Positions 1 to 11,723 of a stretch of 32,436 nt of DNA are shown here, one piece after another (the stretch's first letter is position 1; each line of letters starts with the position of its first letter). Source of the DNA: Chiloscyllium plagiosum. Lineage: Eukaryota. The DNA lies in NCBI RefSeq assembly GCF_004010195.1, contig NC_057719.1:2658784-2691219 (forward strand). The letters run 5' to 3'. A program made the translations under genes and the position numbers. The notes beneath the pieces were generated by a model. It was not told where the DNA came from. It made no database searches and saw nothing but the letters and a program-made list of their open reading frames with translations.

Positions 1-126
1 CCCTCAGAATCCCCTCCAACAACTTGCCCACTGCTGATGTCAGGCTCACAGCTCTATAGTTCCCTGGCTCCTCCTTACCACCATTTTAAATAATGGCATC
101 ATATTAGCCAACCTTCAGTCTTCTGG
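1..126 (-). mobile_element. CR1/HER1 LINE ORF2 fragment, left part; continues at 2684-2826 after a PLE insertion
   Basis: Reverse complement reads as the CR1 RT N-terminal region. Imperfect 17-bp duplication AACCTTCAGTCTTCTGG (110-126) / AACCTTTGATCTTCTAG (2684-2700) flanks the interrupting element. Confidence 0.7.
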
Positions 127-903
127 AGACAAGCAGGAGGCTGGAAGAACACAGCAAGCTAGGCGAAGGTGAAGCCAACAATTTCGGAATAACCTTTCTT
201 CGGGACTAGGGCTGGGGAGAGGGGCAGAGTGGTGAAGTAGTGATTGGTGAATGCAGGTAGTGGGTATGTTCTAGTTGGTCAATGGGAGGAATAAATCTGG
301 TTGGCAGCTGGAAGGAAGTTTGATCAGAGGAATGGAAGAGAGGGAGGGGTTGGGAAGGGAGTTGGGGAATGGGAAAGGTTATCAGAAATTGGAGAACTTA
401 ATGCTCAGTCCTCTGGGCTGCCCAGGCAGAAGATGAGATGTTGTTCTTCCAATTTGTGGTCTAATTCGCTGTGGCAATGGAGGAGGCCAAAGCTGGTCAT
501 GTCAGAGAGGGAATAGGAAGGGGAATTAAAATGGGCAGTGACTGGAAGGTCAGGTCTGCCCTTGCAGGCCCGGCTGAGGTGCTCAGCGAAACATGCCCTT
601 AGTTTGCGTTTGGTCACACCGATGTTGAAAAGACATAGGGAGCATCTGAACAGTGAACAAGGTTGAAGGAGAGGCGGGTGAATCTCTGTCTCACCTGGAA
701 GGAGGTGAGGGAGGTGGTGAGATGACTGGCCTTGCAGGGAAAGAACCTGGGGGCTTGGGGAGAGGGATTGGTTGGTGGGGAGAATGGTGCAAACCAAAGA
801 TGACAAAGGGAACAGTCCTTGCCGAAGGCAGACAGGGGTGGGGGGGGGGGGGAAGATGTTCTTGGTGGTGGGATCTAGTTGGAGTTGGCAAGTGTTTCAG
901 AAT

Positions 904-1131
904 GCACGGTCGCTCAGTGGTTAGCACTGCTGCCTCACAGCGCCAGGGACCAGGGTTCAATCCTCGCACAATCCAAAAATATGCAGGTTAGGTGAATTGA
1001 CCATGCTAAATTGCCCATAGTGTTAAGTGCAGGGGTAAATGTAAGGGAATGGGTTTGGGTGGGTTGCTCTTTGCAGGGTCGGTGTGGACTTGTTGGGCTG
1101 AAGGGCCTGTTTCCACACTGTAGGGAATCTA
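904..1131 (+). mobile_element. HE1-type tRNA-derived SINE, internally deleted, inserted in the PLE
   Basis: tRNA-like head GCACGGTCGCTCAGTGGTTAGCACTGCTGCCTCACAGCGCCAGGGACCAGGGTTCAATCC (A and B boxes), central GGTTAGGTGAATTGACCATGCTAAATTGCCCATAGTG, and CR1/HER1-type tail GGGCTGAAGGGCCTGTTTCCACACTGTA. Confidence 0.88.
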
Positions 1132-2462
1132 AGGATGATATTTTGGATGTGGAGACTGGTGAGGTGGTAGGTGAGGACATGGGGGACCCTATGTTTATTT
1201 CTTTTGGAGTAGGGGTACTTTAGAACAGTAAAGCCGGGAATGAAGGAAGTGCAGTGGAGGACTGTTTGGATAACGAGGGAGGAAAGCATGTTGTTCAAAA
1301 AGGGTGGACATCTGTGATGCTTAGGAGTAGATGTATTCATTGAAGGAATTGGGAAAACAGGATGGAGTTCTTGCAGGATACTGGGTGGGAGGAGGTTTAG
1401 TCCAGGTAGTTGTAGGAGTCTTTGGGTATATAGTAAATGTCTGTCTGTAAAAGGGGCGGGAGGTGTCCAAGATGGACCAAGTGAATTTGAGGGCGGGGTG
1501 GAAGTTGTGGGTGAAGTTGACAGCAGCAGTGTTACAGTCAACAATGTGACAGCGGAACAGCTGGGGCACAGTGCCTGTGTAGGTACTGAAGAGGGACTGT
1601 TTGACATAGTTGACAAAGAGGCATGTGTAGCTCAGGTCCATCCAAATGCCCGTGGCCACACCCTGGATTTGGAGGGAATGGGAAGAGTTGAAGGAACAGT
1701 TAATGAGGGTGATGACATGTTTGGCAAGGTGGATGAGGGTATTGGTGGAGTGGAAGCTGGAGGAAGCAACTAAGGGCCTGAAGGCCATCCTTGTTGGGTT
1801 TTGATGTGTATAAGGACTGCATGTCCATAGTGAAGATAAAGCACTATTAGGTGGAGAAATGCAAGTTACTGAATAGGTGGAGGGTGTGGTTGGTGTCACT
1901 GATGCAGGTGGGAAATGTCTGAACCAAACGGGCGAGTATGGAGTTGAGATAGGAAGAAATAAGTTCGGTAGGGCAGGAGCTGCGGAGACAAAGGGTTTTC
2001 CAAGGTAGTTGGGCTTGTACTTCTAGGGGAGCAGGTAGTAGGGCTGGGGTTCTGTGAAGTTGGAAGCGGTAGAGAGGAGATCACCAGAGGCAATGAGGTC
2101 ACGGACAGTGTGAGTGATAGTGACCTAATGGGTTGTGGTTAAGGGTGAGATAGGATGTTGTGTTGGAGAGTTGGCGTTCGGCCTTTGCAACATAGAGGTC
2201 CGTCCTCCAGACTCCCACCGCCCTGCCTTTGTCAGTGGGTTTGATGGTGAAACAGTTATTGGTGCAGAGGGAGTGGGCAAAAAAAACTGCAGGTGCTGGA
2301 ATCCAAGGTAGACAATCTGGAAGAACAGGCAGCATCAGGAGGTGGAGAAGTCAATGTTTTGGGTATAACCTTTCTTTAGGACTCAGGGTACAGTTAAAGG
2401 GTTTGTGAGGTATTTGGGTAGGGAGAGTGGCAGAATGGTGAGATAGTGATATGTGAACACAG

Positions 2463-2617
2463 TCAAGAGTGTGGTGCTAGAAAAGCACAGCAGGTCAAGC
2501 AGCATCTGAGGAGGAGAGTCAATGTTTTAGGCAAAATCCCTTCATCAGGAATCTCCAGCTTTTCCAGCACCACACTTTCAACTCTGATCTCCAGCATCTG
2601 CAGTCCTCACTTTCTCC
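2463..2617. mobile_element. 155-bp non-autonomous PLE pseudo-LTR insertion, partly inverted, with degenerate hammerhead on the minus strand
   Basis: 14-bp TSD ATATGTGAACACAG (2449-2462 and 2618-2631). CCCTTCATCAGG reads CCTGATGAAGGG on the minus strand. Ends in CAGCATCTGCAGTCCTCACTTTCTCC. Confidence 0.85.
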
Positions 2618-2683
2618 ATATGTGAACACAGGTAGGGGTACAGCCTGGGTTGGCCGATAGGAAGATTGAATCTGATTGTCTCT

Positions 2684-2826
2684 AACCTTTGATCTTCTAG
2701 TACCTCACCCATGGCTATCAATGATACAAATATCTCAGCAAGGGGGCCAACAATCACTTCCCTAGCTTCCCATCAAGTTCGAGGGTACGTCTGATCCGGT
2801 CCCGGGGATTTATCCACCTTTATGCT
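2684..2826 (-). mobile_element. CR1/HER1 LINE ORF2 fragment, right part
   Basis: Minus strand encodes a KVDKSPGPDQTYPRT-like CR1 pre-RT motif and is collinear with 1-126. Confidence 0.7.
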
Positions 2827-3459
2827 CACGTTTCTTGGCAATTTAGTAATCGATGCAAATTTGGAATGTTGAAAGCTAACTAATGTTTAAGGGGTGAAAA
2901 CGTGTCCAGGATTTCTCCCAACTTGCTGCTTATCACGAGAGATTGCACTACCCGGCATTTGGATATCACACGCTGACTGAAGCCTGAGATGCAACTTATC
3001 TCAGCATCATGTAACATTATTGCCCTGTCTCAATGATTGCTAATTTTTCCTAAATGGTAAGGTGGACCTGAAAAGTGCAGATCTTTTAAGGTGGATCATC
3101 ACTGGTATATATATATATTCATATTGATATGAAAACATTTATGTAACAGCAGAAAAAAATAATTGAGTGCAGAAATAAACATGTCCACAGGCAATTTGGA
3201 AACTCCATATAACTAACATTCAATAACACAGTGAAAGGAAGTCTAAACATAGAACTTTAAGGCTGGAAGTAGATCTCTTATGCTTGTAGTGCATCATGTT
3301 CTCTTGGATGTCACTCCAGTTCGATGTCTTGATCCTGATCCTCAGACAATTAGTCTTGTTCTCCATTTTGTCTGCATCCAGGATATCTCCCTTTGTTGGA
3401 TCCTCGGATGCTGCCTGAACTGCTGTTTTTCCAGCACCACTCTAATCTACACTGGGTTT

Positions 3460-3944
3460 AGACAGGTTAACTGGGTAAAAACCTGGCAGGTTGGAACTGT
3501 GAGGGTCTGCACTTTGAAAGGAAGAATACAGGCACAGAATATTATTAAAGTGGGGAAAGACTACAGAAAGCTATGATACAGAGGTATTTGGGAGTTCTTA
3601 TTTATCATCCACACAAAAAAAGCAACTTTCTAAATGCAATGGGTAATAGTGAAGGGAAAGGCAATTTTTGCCTTTATTCCAAAGGGAATGGAGAATAATA
3701 ATGCAAAACCTTTGTTGTATAAGACACTAATCAGACCTCAGCTGGAATTCTGTGAACAGTTTAGGGATCCCGTTTCTAAGCAAAGACAAGCTGACATCAG
3801 AGGCAGTTTGGAAAAGGTTCATTCAGGATGGAGGGACTACCTTATGAAGAGATGTTGAGTAGGTTGGCCCTGTACTTCTTGGAGCTTAGAAAAATGAGAA
3901 GTGACCTTATTGAAACATGTATGTTTCTCTGGGGACGTAACAAG
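3460..3944 (+). mobile_element. Old CR1 LINE ORF2 3' fragment, preceded by a short PLE pseudo-LTR piece at ~3401-3450
   Basis: LLYKTLIRPQLEFCEQF motif typical of the CR1 ORF2 C-terminus. Confidence 0.75.
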
Positions 3945-4080
3945 CTCTATTCCTGACGAAGGGCTTTTAACTGAAACGTCGATTCTCCTGCTCCTCAGAT
4001 GCTGTCTGAACTGCTGTGCTTTTCCAGCACCACTCTGATCTAGAATGTGGTTTCCAGCATCTGCAGTCCTTGTTTTTATC
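3945..4080 (+). mobile_element. PLE pseudo-LTR fragment with minimal hammerhead motif (helix II decayed)
   Basis: CTGACGA (3953-3959)-AGGGCTTTTAACT-GAAACGTC (3973-3980), followed by the shared block GCTTTTCCAGCACCACTCT...CAGCATCTGCAGTCC. Confidence 0.75.
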
Positions 4081-4549
4081 CAGCTGTGAAGGGTATGGCA
4101 TACCACAATGGGATGATACATGCTTCTGAGCTACAAGGCAAGGCCGTGGTGGATTGGTCCAGGTACTCTTATGATTGTAGCTGATGGTACGTGAACAAGT
4201 TAAATCCCAGAATAAAATCTGGATCAATAGTACATATGTTTTTAAATATAGTTAACTGTTTTTCACTTAAATATAGTCACAAAAGGCTGTGGAGTTTAAT
4301 TTACAACTTCATTAAATAAAGTCACTAATGTTTCATTTGGTTCCACTAGGACCACTCAGCTCTTGACCTCAATAAAGTCTTGGTTCACACATGGACAAGA
4401 CAGTTGAATTCCAAAGGTGAGGTGGGAGTGGTTGCTTCTGATACAGAAGCAATTGATTAGACTTTGCATCAAAGAATGCTATGAAAATTACAGTCAGTGG
4501 GATCAGGGGAAAACTTTCCATTGGTTAGATAGATAGGAGTTTCAAGGAT

Positions 4550-5400
4550 GTGGTCACACTAAAGGTTCAGCCAGGTAGATGGGTGACTGCCAGGTGAGGC
4601 AGGCAGGCAGTGCAGCATTCCCCTATGGCTATTCTCGCTTAAAACAAGTATACCATTCTGGATGGAGTTAGAGAGGGGATGGCCTCTTGGGAGACAGCAA
4701 TGGAAGCAGCCAGATCAGTGGCACCACGACTGGCTCTGGTGTACAGCAGAGAGGGTTGAAATGTAGGTGAGTGGTAGTGATAGAAGATTCTATGGTCAGG
4801 GGGCACAGATTGGCATTTCTGTGGCTCTGAATGAGATTCCAGGATGGTATGTTGCTTCCCTGATGGCAGTGTCAATGATGTACGTGAGCAGGTACAGAAA
4901 TGGGAGGGTGAGTAACCAGAAATTGTGGGGCATATCAGTAGCAATGATGTCCTGCAAAGGGAAGTAAGGGAGTTAGGTATAAAGTTGAAGAGCAGGACAT
5001 CTGGGGTTGTAATCTCAGGATTACTTTCTATACCATGTGCTTGTGAAGTCAGAAATAGGAACAAACTACAATTGAACATATGGCCCAAAGAGCTGGTATG
5101 GAGAGACAGCTTTAGATAGCTAGAACATAGGAATCTCTTCCAGGGGAGGGGGGACCTACACAAAAAGGAGAGGCACCAATATCCTTGCAGGGAGGTTTGC
5201 TTGTTCCACTCAGAAAAGTTTAAACTGCTGTGGCAAAGAGGTGGAATCCAGCATGTGGAGTGATTGAGGACAAGGTAGAGGTTAAGTCAAGTAACTAAGA
5301 GGAAGAACAGACAGGGTCAGGTTAACAAACATGGCAGGACTGGCGATCTGAAACTTAAGAGTATTTATTTCAATGCAAGAACGTATTACAGGTAAGGCAT
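4550..5400 (+). mobile_element. CR1 LINE ORF1 (SGNH esterase) and ORF2 start remnant
   Basis: VVIEDSMVRGTDWHFCG...SRMVCCFP and LKSRTSGVVISGLL motifs. ATTTATTTCAATGCAAGA (IYFNAR) marks the APE endonuclease start. Confidence 0.75.
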
Positions 5401-5549
5401 GTTTACAGCTGATGCATACAGCTGATGCAACTCCATTGAGTACAGACCCAGAATTGTCAACTACACAGGTTTAGTACTAATGAAAGGAACCTTGATTTTG
5501 ATTTTAAATGCACTACAGTTGAAAACGAGCAAAATAGTTTTGAAGATTT

Positions 5550-5730
5550 AATCACTCCATCACTGCTAGTCTCGCTTTCTGTTATTTAAGCTCTAAACTC
5601 TGGAATTCCCTCCTTGAACCTTTCTATACCATTTTCCTTCAAAACTCTCCTTAAAATCTATTTATTTGACTGTTCTTTTGGTCATCTGATCTAATAACTC
5701 CTTCTGTGGCCAGGTGTCACCTTTTGTTTT
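5550..5730 (+). mobile_element. Old L2-type LINE/SINE 3' fragment
   Basis: CTCTGGAATTCCCTCC...CTTCAAAACTCTCCTTAAAATCTATTTATTTGAC (LWNSL...FKTLLKIYLF) is typical of L2-clade ORF2 ends. Confidence 0.5.
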
Positions 5731-6556
5731 ATCATAGAATTCCTACGGTGTGGAAACAGGCCATTCAGCCCAGAGTCCTCACCAACCTGCTAAAGAGCAT
5801 CCCACACAGACCCACTCCCTACCCTGTATTTCCTGTGACTAATTCACCTAGCCTGCAAATCCCTGGACCTGGACACTATGGGCAATTTAGCATGGCCAAT
5901 CCATCTAATTTGCACAACTTTGGACTCTGGGAGGAAATCAGAGCACCCAGAGGAAATCCAGGAAGACTTGAGCTGTGGATTCTGGGTAATCCAAGATGGA
6001 GGACAGAAAAATTTCTGGCTGTAACAACTGCTCCTTTTTTGAGGTATTTTAGGTGTTGGAGGTAATGTCCTTGGATTACAGAAGCAGCAATTACAGTTTC
6101 ATATGCTGCTGCATTGTTTTGGAACTTTGGGAATAATAAGTCAAACCAACAGCAGTTTTAAAAAGGGAGAGGTACAAAGAAAGAAACTGACACCACAGTG
6201 AACCTGCACAGTTACTACCTTTGCTATTTGCTTTTTCACACAGATAGTGGCACGTGTATGGAATGAGCTGTCAGAGGAAGTGGTGGAGGGTACAATTGCA
6301 ACATTTAAAAGGCATTTGGATGAGTATACGAATAGGAAGATTTTGGAGGAATATGGGTCAAGTGCTGGCAGGTGAGACTAGACTGGGGTTGGATATCTGG
6401 TCGGCATGGACGGGTTGGACCGAAGGGTCTGTTTCCGTGCTGTACATCTCTATGACTCTATGAATGTTCAAGCTCCACACAGACAGTTGCCTGAGGGTGG
6501 AATTGAACCTTGGCATTGTGAAGCAGCAGTGCTAACCAATGATCACTGTGCCACCC
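5731..6556 (-). mobile_element. HE1 SINE split by later insertions (unclassified repeat ~5975-6229 and HER1/CR1 3' end 6230-6462 on +)
   Basis: Tail and core at 5731-5960 (CACTATGGGCAATTTAGCATGGCCAATCC), tRNA head at 6463-6556 (GCAGCAGTGCTAACCA). The intervening CR1 3' end has FFSQ..WNEL and a CTCTATGA-type tail. Confidence 0.75.
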
Positions 6557-8362
6557 TGTGAAGCATTCGACCTTTAACTACATTACAGAAGGTATGTTTG
6601 TTATGGGGGAGAGAATCACTTGTTCTTCACTTCCTTCAATGGCCTTTGGGGACAATGCGCTCCATTTGCATCGTAATAATTTTTAAATTCTTAACCAGCT
6701 CTCAACAGTCTGTTGGCATCATACTTGTGTTTTCTCTAATGTTTTGTAGTTCCTTGTAGTTCTCTATTATGGGCTTAAACTTTCCCAGTTCTTACATTTC
6801 AAAACTAACATGCGCATTCAAATCAAAAAACTGACTTGCACGGAAATATTGCTGAAGTAGTTTTAATTTATGACTTACATGCAAATATTACATACAAATC
6901 ATGTTCAATAATTGATTCTGCAGCTTGATATACATCTTCCTATGAATAAATATAGATATACATTGTATTACACAGTGATATTTCAGTCATTTATTTTTCA
7001 TTATAATCTTGCATCCCAATTTCCAGTTGTTCAATATAAATCATACAACTGTCTAGAATAACATATTCTCCATTTCACTTGTCAAATTCAAGGTTTCTGA
7101 GCATCTTTTTATTCAGGTACTGATGTTTAGGAGTGTGTTAGATTTAAGCGTAGTAAAACAATGAATTTACACTGGCTTAGAAAGTAAGTAAGCCACAATT
7201 TTCTCTGGTACTGAACACATGCAACAAAATTACATAATGTCATATCACAAACCACTTTAAAATCTATTACAAACTGATACATTAAAGGTTTCTGGTGCTG
7301 TGTTTATTGTCAGTAATGACCTTAATTCACCTTGATGATAGAAGATAACTTCTTTAATAATACTCAAAACGGAGGTGAGATTGCTCGTATTATCAAGGCA
7401 TTATGTGGCAGAATTCAACATCTCAGTTCTCCCTCTGGCTAAGGGAACAGAGAATTAGGCACGTGCAAGGGAACGTTTAAGTATGTTAAACGCAAACTTG
7501 GCCAGAGACAACTAAGAAAATGCAATTTGTGTGAAACTAATGACTGCATTTAGAAGTGCGAAAGGAGGTCTATGCCAAAAATAAGACTCAGTTCACAATA
7601 TAAAGAATGTCATTTGTTCATTTTTTTCAATCTTTTCAAGGAGGGAAGCTAAATTCATTGGCTGGAATTTGTTTTTGTTTGTTACACAGTATGCTCATTT
7701 GTTATCTATGAAATACAAGGTACATTTAAGAAAGTGAGAATGAGAAAATCAGTTCTGCTTTAGAAATGAGATACCAGGTACAACTTGCTGAATATTCAAT
7801 TTCAAAATGGATGAGATAATTAACCGTTAAAGATGCTGTCAAAGTTTTTCAATCCTTTGGAGACTTGGCAACCATGTGAATATGAGAACAATTTTGGGGT
7901 AAGTTACATGTGACCCCACACTCCCCAGGAGCAAAATCATGCTAAATAATTGCAGTAATGGTTGTCTGTTGTGTGTTTTATCCAACTGGAAATAAAGCCT
8001 GACCATTGTCTTGTTCAAAGCAAAGCTATGTTAACTGTGCAGGAAACTCAAACTTTCCTATTTCCCAAGAGAAACCACTGGAAAATATCAAAGGACTGCT
8101 CAGATGGGTGGAACAGTTGCAAACAGAGCTCAATTTGGTCAAGTCTTAGGTAACGCATTTGAGGAAGACTAACAATGCAGCCGATAGGATACTGAGAAGC
8201 ATGAAGGAACAGAGGAACCTTGGAGTGCATGTCCCACAAATACCTGATGCTGGGCAAGTAGATAAGGTGAGCAATACAGCAACTTTCACTGGATGAGGTA
8301 CAAGGGAGGGAGGGATACATATATCCTCTGAAGGGGCTCCCCTTCCCCAAATATCTCATTAT

Positions 8363-8665
8363 GGCAAATGTAGAAATTTGAATTTGATATAAATCTGGAA
8401 TTTAAAGCTAGCCTCATGATAACTATAACTATAGCTGATTGTCCTAAATATCCATATGGTTCATTAATGTCCTGTTACAAATGAAAACTGGCATCCTTTT
8501 CCAGTCTGGTCTACATGTAACCGCAGAACCACAGTAAAATTTTTGATGATTATAAGTGCCCTCTGAAATGGCCTAGACTGCCCTCAGTTGAGGGGCAATA
8601 AGGGTTGGCCAATAAATGCTGACGCAGCCAGCAAGCTCACATTCCATGAATAAGTAAAAAAAAAT
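8363..8665 (+). mobile_element. Old SINE-like repeat with RTE-X-type 3' tail and poly(A)
   Basis: GGGCAATAAGGGTTGGCCAATAAATGCTGA...CACATTCCATGAATAAGTAAAAAAAA. The tail motif is shared with the fragment ending at ~11353 (CAAGGGCAATTAGGG). Confidence 0.5.
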
Positions 8666-8897
8666 CAAAATCCCTGACCTCCTGATCTTTGGGGACTGCT
8701 CATTGTCCCATCAGCAGTCTAAAAAGGAACTATGCTGACTTAAATACCAATGATGAGCACTGCTGCTTATTATCAGAGCCATCCCATTTTAAAAGATTTC
8801 ACATCTCCAACTCCTCAAATAAAGTTGGTTCCCTGACTATCAGGACCCCTCAAATATTGTCAATCAAATGCCTTATGGTCCTTATCTTACCACACTA

Positions 8898-9290
8898 ATG
8901 GTGCGGAGTGGGGATGACAGACAGCAGCCCACAGCAGGTAAGGCAGCCAGTGGCGCAGAGCAGGATAGGACAGCAGCAAGTGGCCTGGAGTGATGTGGAG
9001 ACAGCCAGTGGCCGGGAATGGAATGAGACGGAACGAAGATGGCTACTAATTGGAAACCAGTGGAACCCATTGACCATGTGGCAACCCAAAAGACTGTAAT
9101 GTCTATCTTTTTAGCTTTATTACTTATTTTCCTAACATATACTATGTATTTCTGCAGTGTAATTATTTTCTTTATTTTCTCTATTTTTGTACTTAAGATA
9201 GCACCATGTGTTGGTGACATTGTACACTTTTCACTGTGCTCTTCTTTTGTAACTTGAGTACATGTGACAATAAACCTAATTCTAATTGAA
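8898..9290 (+). mobile_element. Non-autonomous retroposon with Rex1/Babar-like 3' tail
   Basis: GC-rich head switches abruptly to AT-rich body. 3' end CTTTTCACTGTGCTC...GTACATGTGACAATAAA plus short repeats (CTAATT). Confidence 0.4.
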
Positions 9291-10033
9291 AATCTGATAC
9301 TCAATTTAATCTGTAAAGACAATCTTATTTTCATCAACAATTCTTTATAGCAAAATAAATCAACCATAGATTCTTGTAGGCTGAAAAAGATTACAACTTG
9401 CAAATTCGTGGCACTGCTACGGAATTTTTAAAGATGTTTTCTTGCACTCCAAGATGTTAGAGTGTTACTACATAAATTTTATGTTTTATTTTGAAATGTA
9501 TTAAGAACTTGGCAAGAGTTCATGGCAATGATGTGAGTTCTTACATACAATATTATTCAAATTAAACATTTGCTTAAAGATAGTGCAATAATTAAAAGAT
9601 GCAATTGCTACATAATTCAGACTTGAAATGTTTATCTCAGTGTCAGTGGCTGACATTTCTGTGAAGAATTTAGTTTCACATTCACTAGATGAGAGAGTGT
9701 AACAATAAGGATTCTTCAGAATAATGAACAATGTCAACATTGTAAGAATATGAAAAGGTACAAAACAAACTAATGGCATAATAGCCTAGCTGGTAGTTCT
9801 CTCAGTACACAGAAGAATAGGGCAGAGAGAAACAACTGGTATGCTTTATTGCAGAAAATTCTCAGAATGAACAGAGAACATTCGTTTATCACTTAACAAC
9901 CTGAGCTACCTTAGTTTGAGTTGGTATGAAAGGATTATGACCTGGGAGACAGATAGGACAATGAAAGTAGCTAACCATTTCATGTCAATAGGTATCTACA
10001 AGATCGACACTTTGTTACTCTTAGAACAACAGT

Positions 10034-10876
10034 TTATCCCCATGGTAGGCTACTGCAAAAAATACAGAGGTATGGCATTGAGGGTGAGTTGGAGGTTTGG
10101 ATTAGGAATTGGCTGGCTGGAAGAAGACAGAGGGTAGTAGTTGATGGTAAAGGTTCATCTTGGAGTGCAGTTACTAGCAATGTTCCGCAAGGATCTGTTT
10201 TGGGACCATTGCTGTTTGTCATTTTTATAAATGACCTGGAGGAGGGGCTAGAAGGTTGGGTGAGCAAGTTTGCGGATGATACGAAAGTCGGTGGAGTTGT
10301 AGACAGTGAGGAAGGGAGTACTGTGGTCATGTTGCAGTTGTATAAGACTCTGGTGCAGCCGCATCTGGAGTATTGTGTGCCGTTTTTGTCGCCATACTAT
10401 AGGAAGGATGTGGAAGCACTGGAACGGGTGCTGAGGAGGTTTACCAGGATGTTGCCTTGTATGGTAGGAAGATCGTATGAGGAAAGGCTGGGGCACTTGG
10501 GGCTGTTTTCATTGGAGAATAGAAGGTTTAGGGGTGACTTGATAGAGGTGTACAAGATGATTTGGGGTTTAGATAGGGTTGACCATGAGAACCTTTTTCC
10601 ACGTATGGAGTCAGCTATTACGAATGGGCATAGCTTTAAATTAAGGGGTGGTAGGTATAGGACAGATGTGAGGGGTAGATTCTTTACTCAGCGAGTCGTG
10701 AGTTCATGGAATGCCCTGCCAGTAGCAGTGGTGGACTCTCCCTCTTTATGGGCATTTAAATGGGCATTGGATAGGCATATGGAGGATCATGGGCTAGTGT
10801 AGGTTAGGTGGGCTTGGATCGGTGCAACATCGAGGGCCAAAGGGCCTGTACTGCGCTGTATTTTTCTATGTTCTAT
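10034..10876 (+). mobile_element. 5'-truncated HER1/CR1 LINE (RT C-terminal half) with an in-frame internal deletion
   Basis: ORF 10089-10802: [41 protein letters not shown], then directly [13 protein letters not shown]...[24 protein letters not shown] tail. Confidence 0.92.
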
Positions 10877-10974
10877 ATACATTTCTGAATTGCCTTGGAA
10901 TACCATGGCAGGTAACTCACATCCTGACTTCCCAATGCTTGTCCACAATCTAAAAGTATGCGATGAAATATTCT

Positions 10975-11353
10975 CCACTTGCCTGTAGTAATGCTGCTCA
11001 AAAGATACTCAAGAAGCTTGACATCAAGCCAGTCCAATTGCTTAGCACCTCATGCACTGATTAAACATTTTCCCTCCACCACTGACATGCAGCAGCAGTG
11101 TGTACCAAGCGTAAGATTCACTGCAGCAAATCAGTCTCAGGTTTTACGATAGAAGATTAATTAGAAACCACACTTGCACATTCCCCTCCAAGTGACAAGC
11201 CAAATACTAACCTGGAACTACAAAACTACTCCTTCATTCTTTGACTAAAATCCCAGAACTGCCTTCCTGACAGCTCTGTGGCTGTACCCATACCAATTGA
11301 CTGGAGGGGTTCAAGAAGGCTTCTCATCACCTTCTTCTCAAGGGCAATTAGGG
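10975..11353 (+). mobile_element. Old RTE-X-like LINE 3' fragment
   Basis: Decayed 3' coding end ...GAACTGCCTTCCTGACAGC...TTCAAGAAGGCTTCTCATCACCTTCTTCTCAAGGGCAATTAGGG. Confidence 0.5.
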
Positions 11354-11554
11354 TAGAATTAATAGTTCCAAGGTAAAATGTTGATTGGGTTGATTCAGAA
11401 GAATCAGAATAGATTTGTGATGGGGTAATTGTGTCTAACTAACTTACTTGAGGAAGAACTATAATGGAGAAGAAAAGGCTGCACATGAATTTCCAAAACA
11501 AGCCAGACTTGTGAGGAAACTTACAGATTATTGAGTAGAAGGTACAGTACTAAA

Positions 11555-11639
11555 CTTTCCTGAAGAAGGGCTCATGCCCGAAATGTCGATTCTCCTGCTC
11601 CTTGGACCTGCTGCGCTTTTCCAGCAACACATTTTCAGC
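11555..11639 (+). mobile_element. 85-bp PLE-derived mini-insertion consisting largely of a minimal hammerhead ribozyme motif
   Basis: 11-bp TSD ACAGTACTAAA (11544-11554 and 11640-11650). CTGAAGA (11560-11566)-A-GGGC-TCAT-GCCC-GAAA-TGTC. Confidence 0.85.
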
Positions 11640-11723
11640 ACAGTACTAAAGTGGCTATAACATTGGTTAAGAGATAGGAAACAGAGAATAATAGTTAATG
11701 GATGTTTTTTTCTGGTTGGAAGA

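Larger units (their letters stand above)
127..2683 (-). mobile_element. Decayed Penelope-like retroelement (RT + GIY-YIG) with direct pseudo-LTR repeats at both ends
   Basis: Minus-strand ORF remnants: IKPTDKGRAVGVW (RT N-term), QIQGVATGIWMDLSYTCLFV, FRCHIVDC (decayed RYIDD), CSLCLFNIGVTKRKLRACFAEHL...HFNSPSYS...LEEQHLIFCLG (GIY-YIG). Similar terminal blocks at ~127-310 and ~2278-2680 each carry a degenerate hammerhead core. Confidence 0.85.

Noticed and set aside
904..963. tRNA gene
   Set aside because: It is the tRNA-derived head of an HE1 SINE, continuous with the SINE core and LINE tail.
8882..9403. 173-aa minus-strand and hydrophobic plus-strand ORFs
   Set aside because: Lie in a repeat-like segment with biased composition and have no protein motifs.
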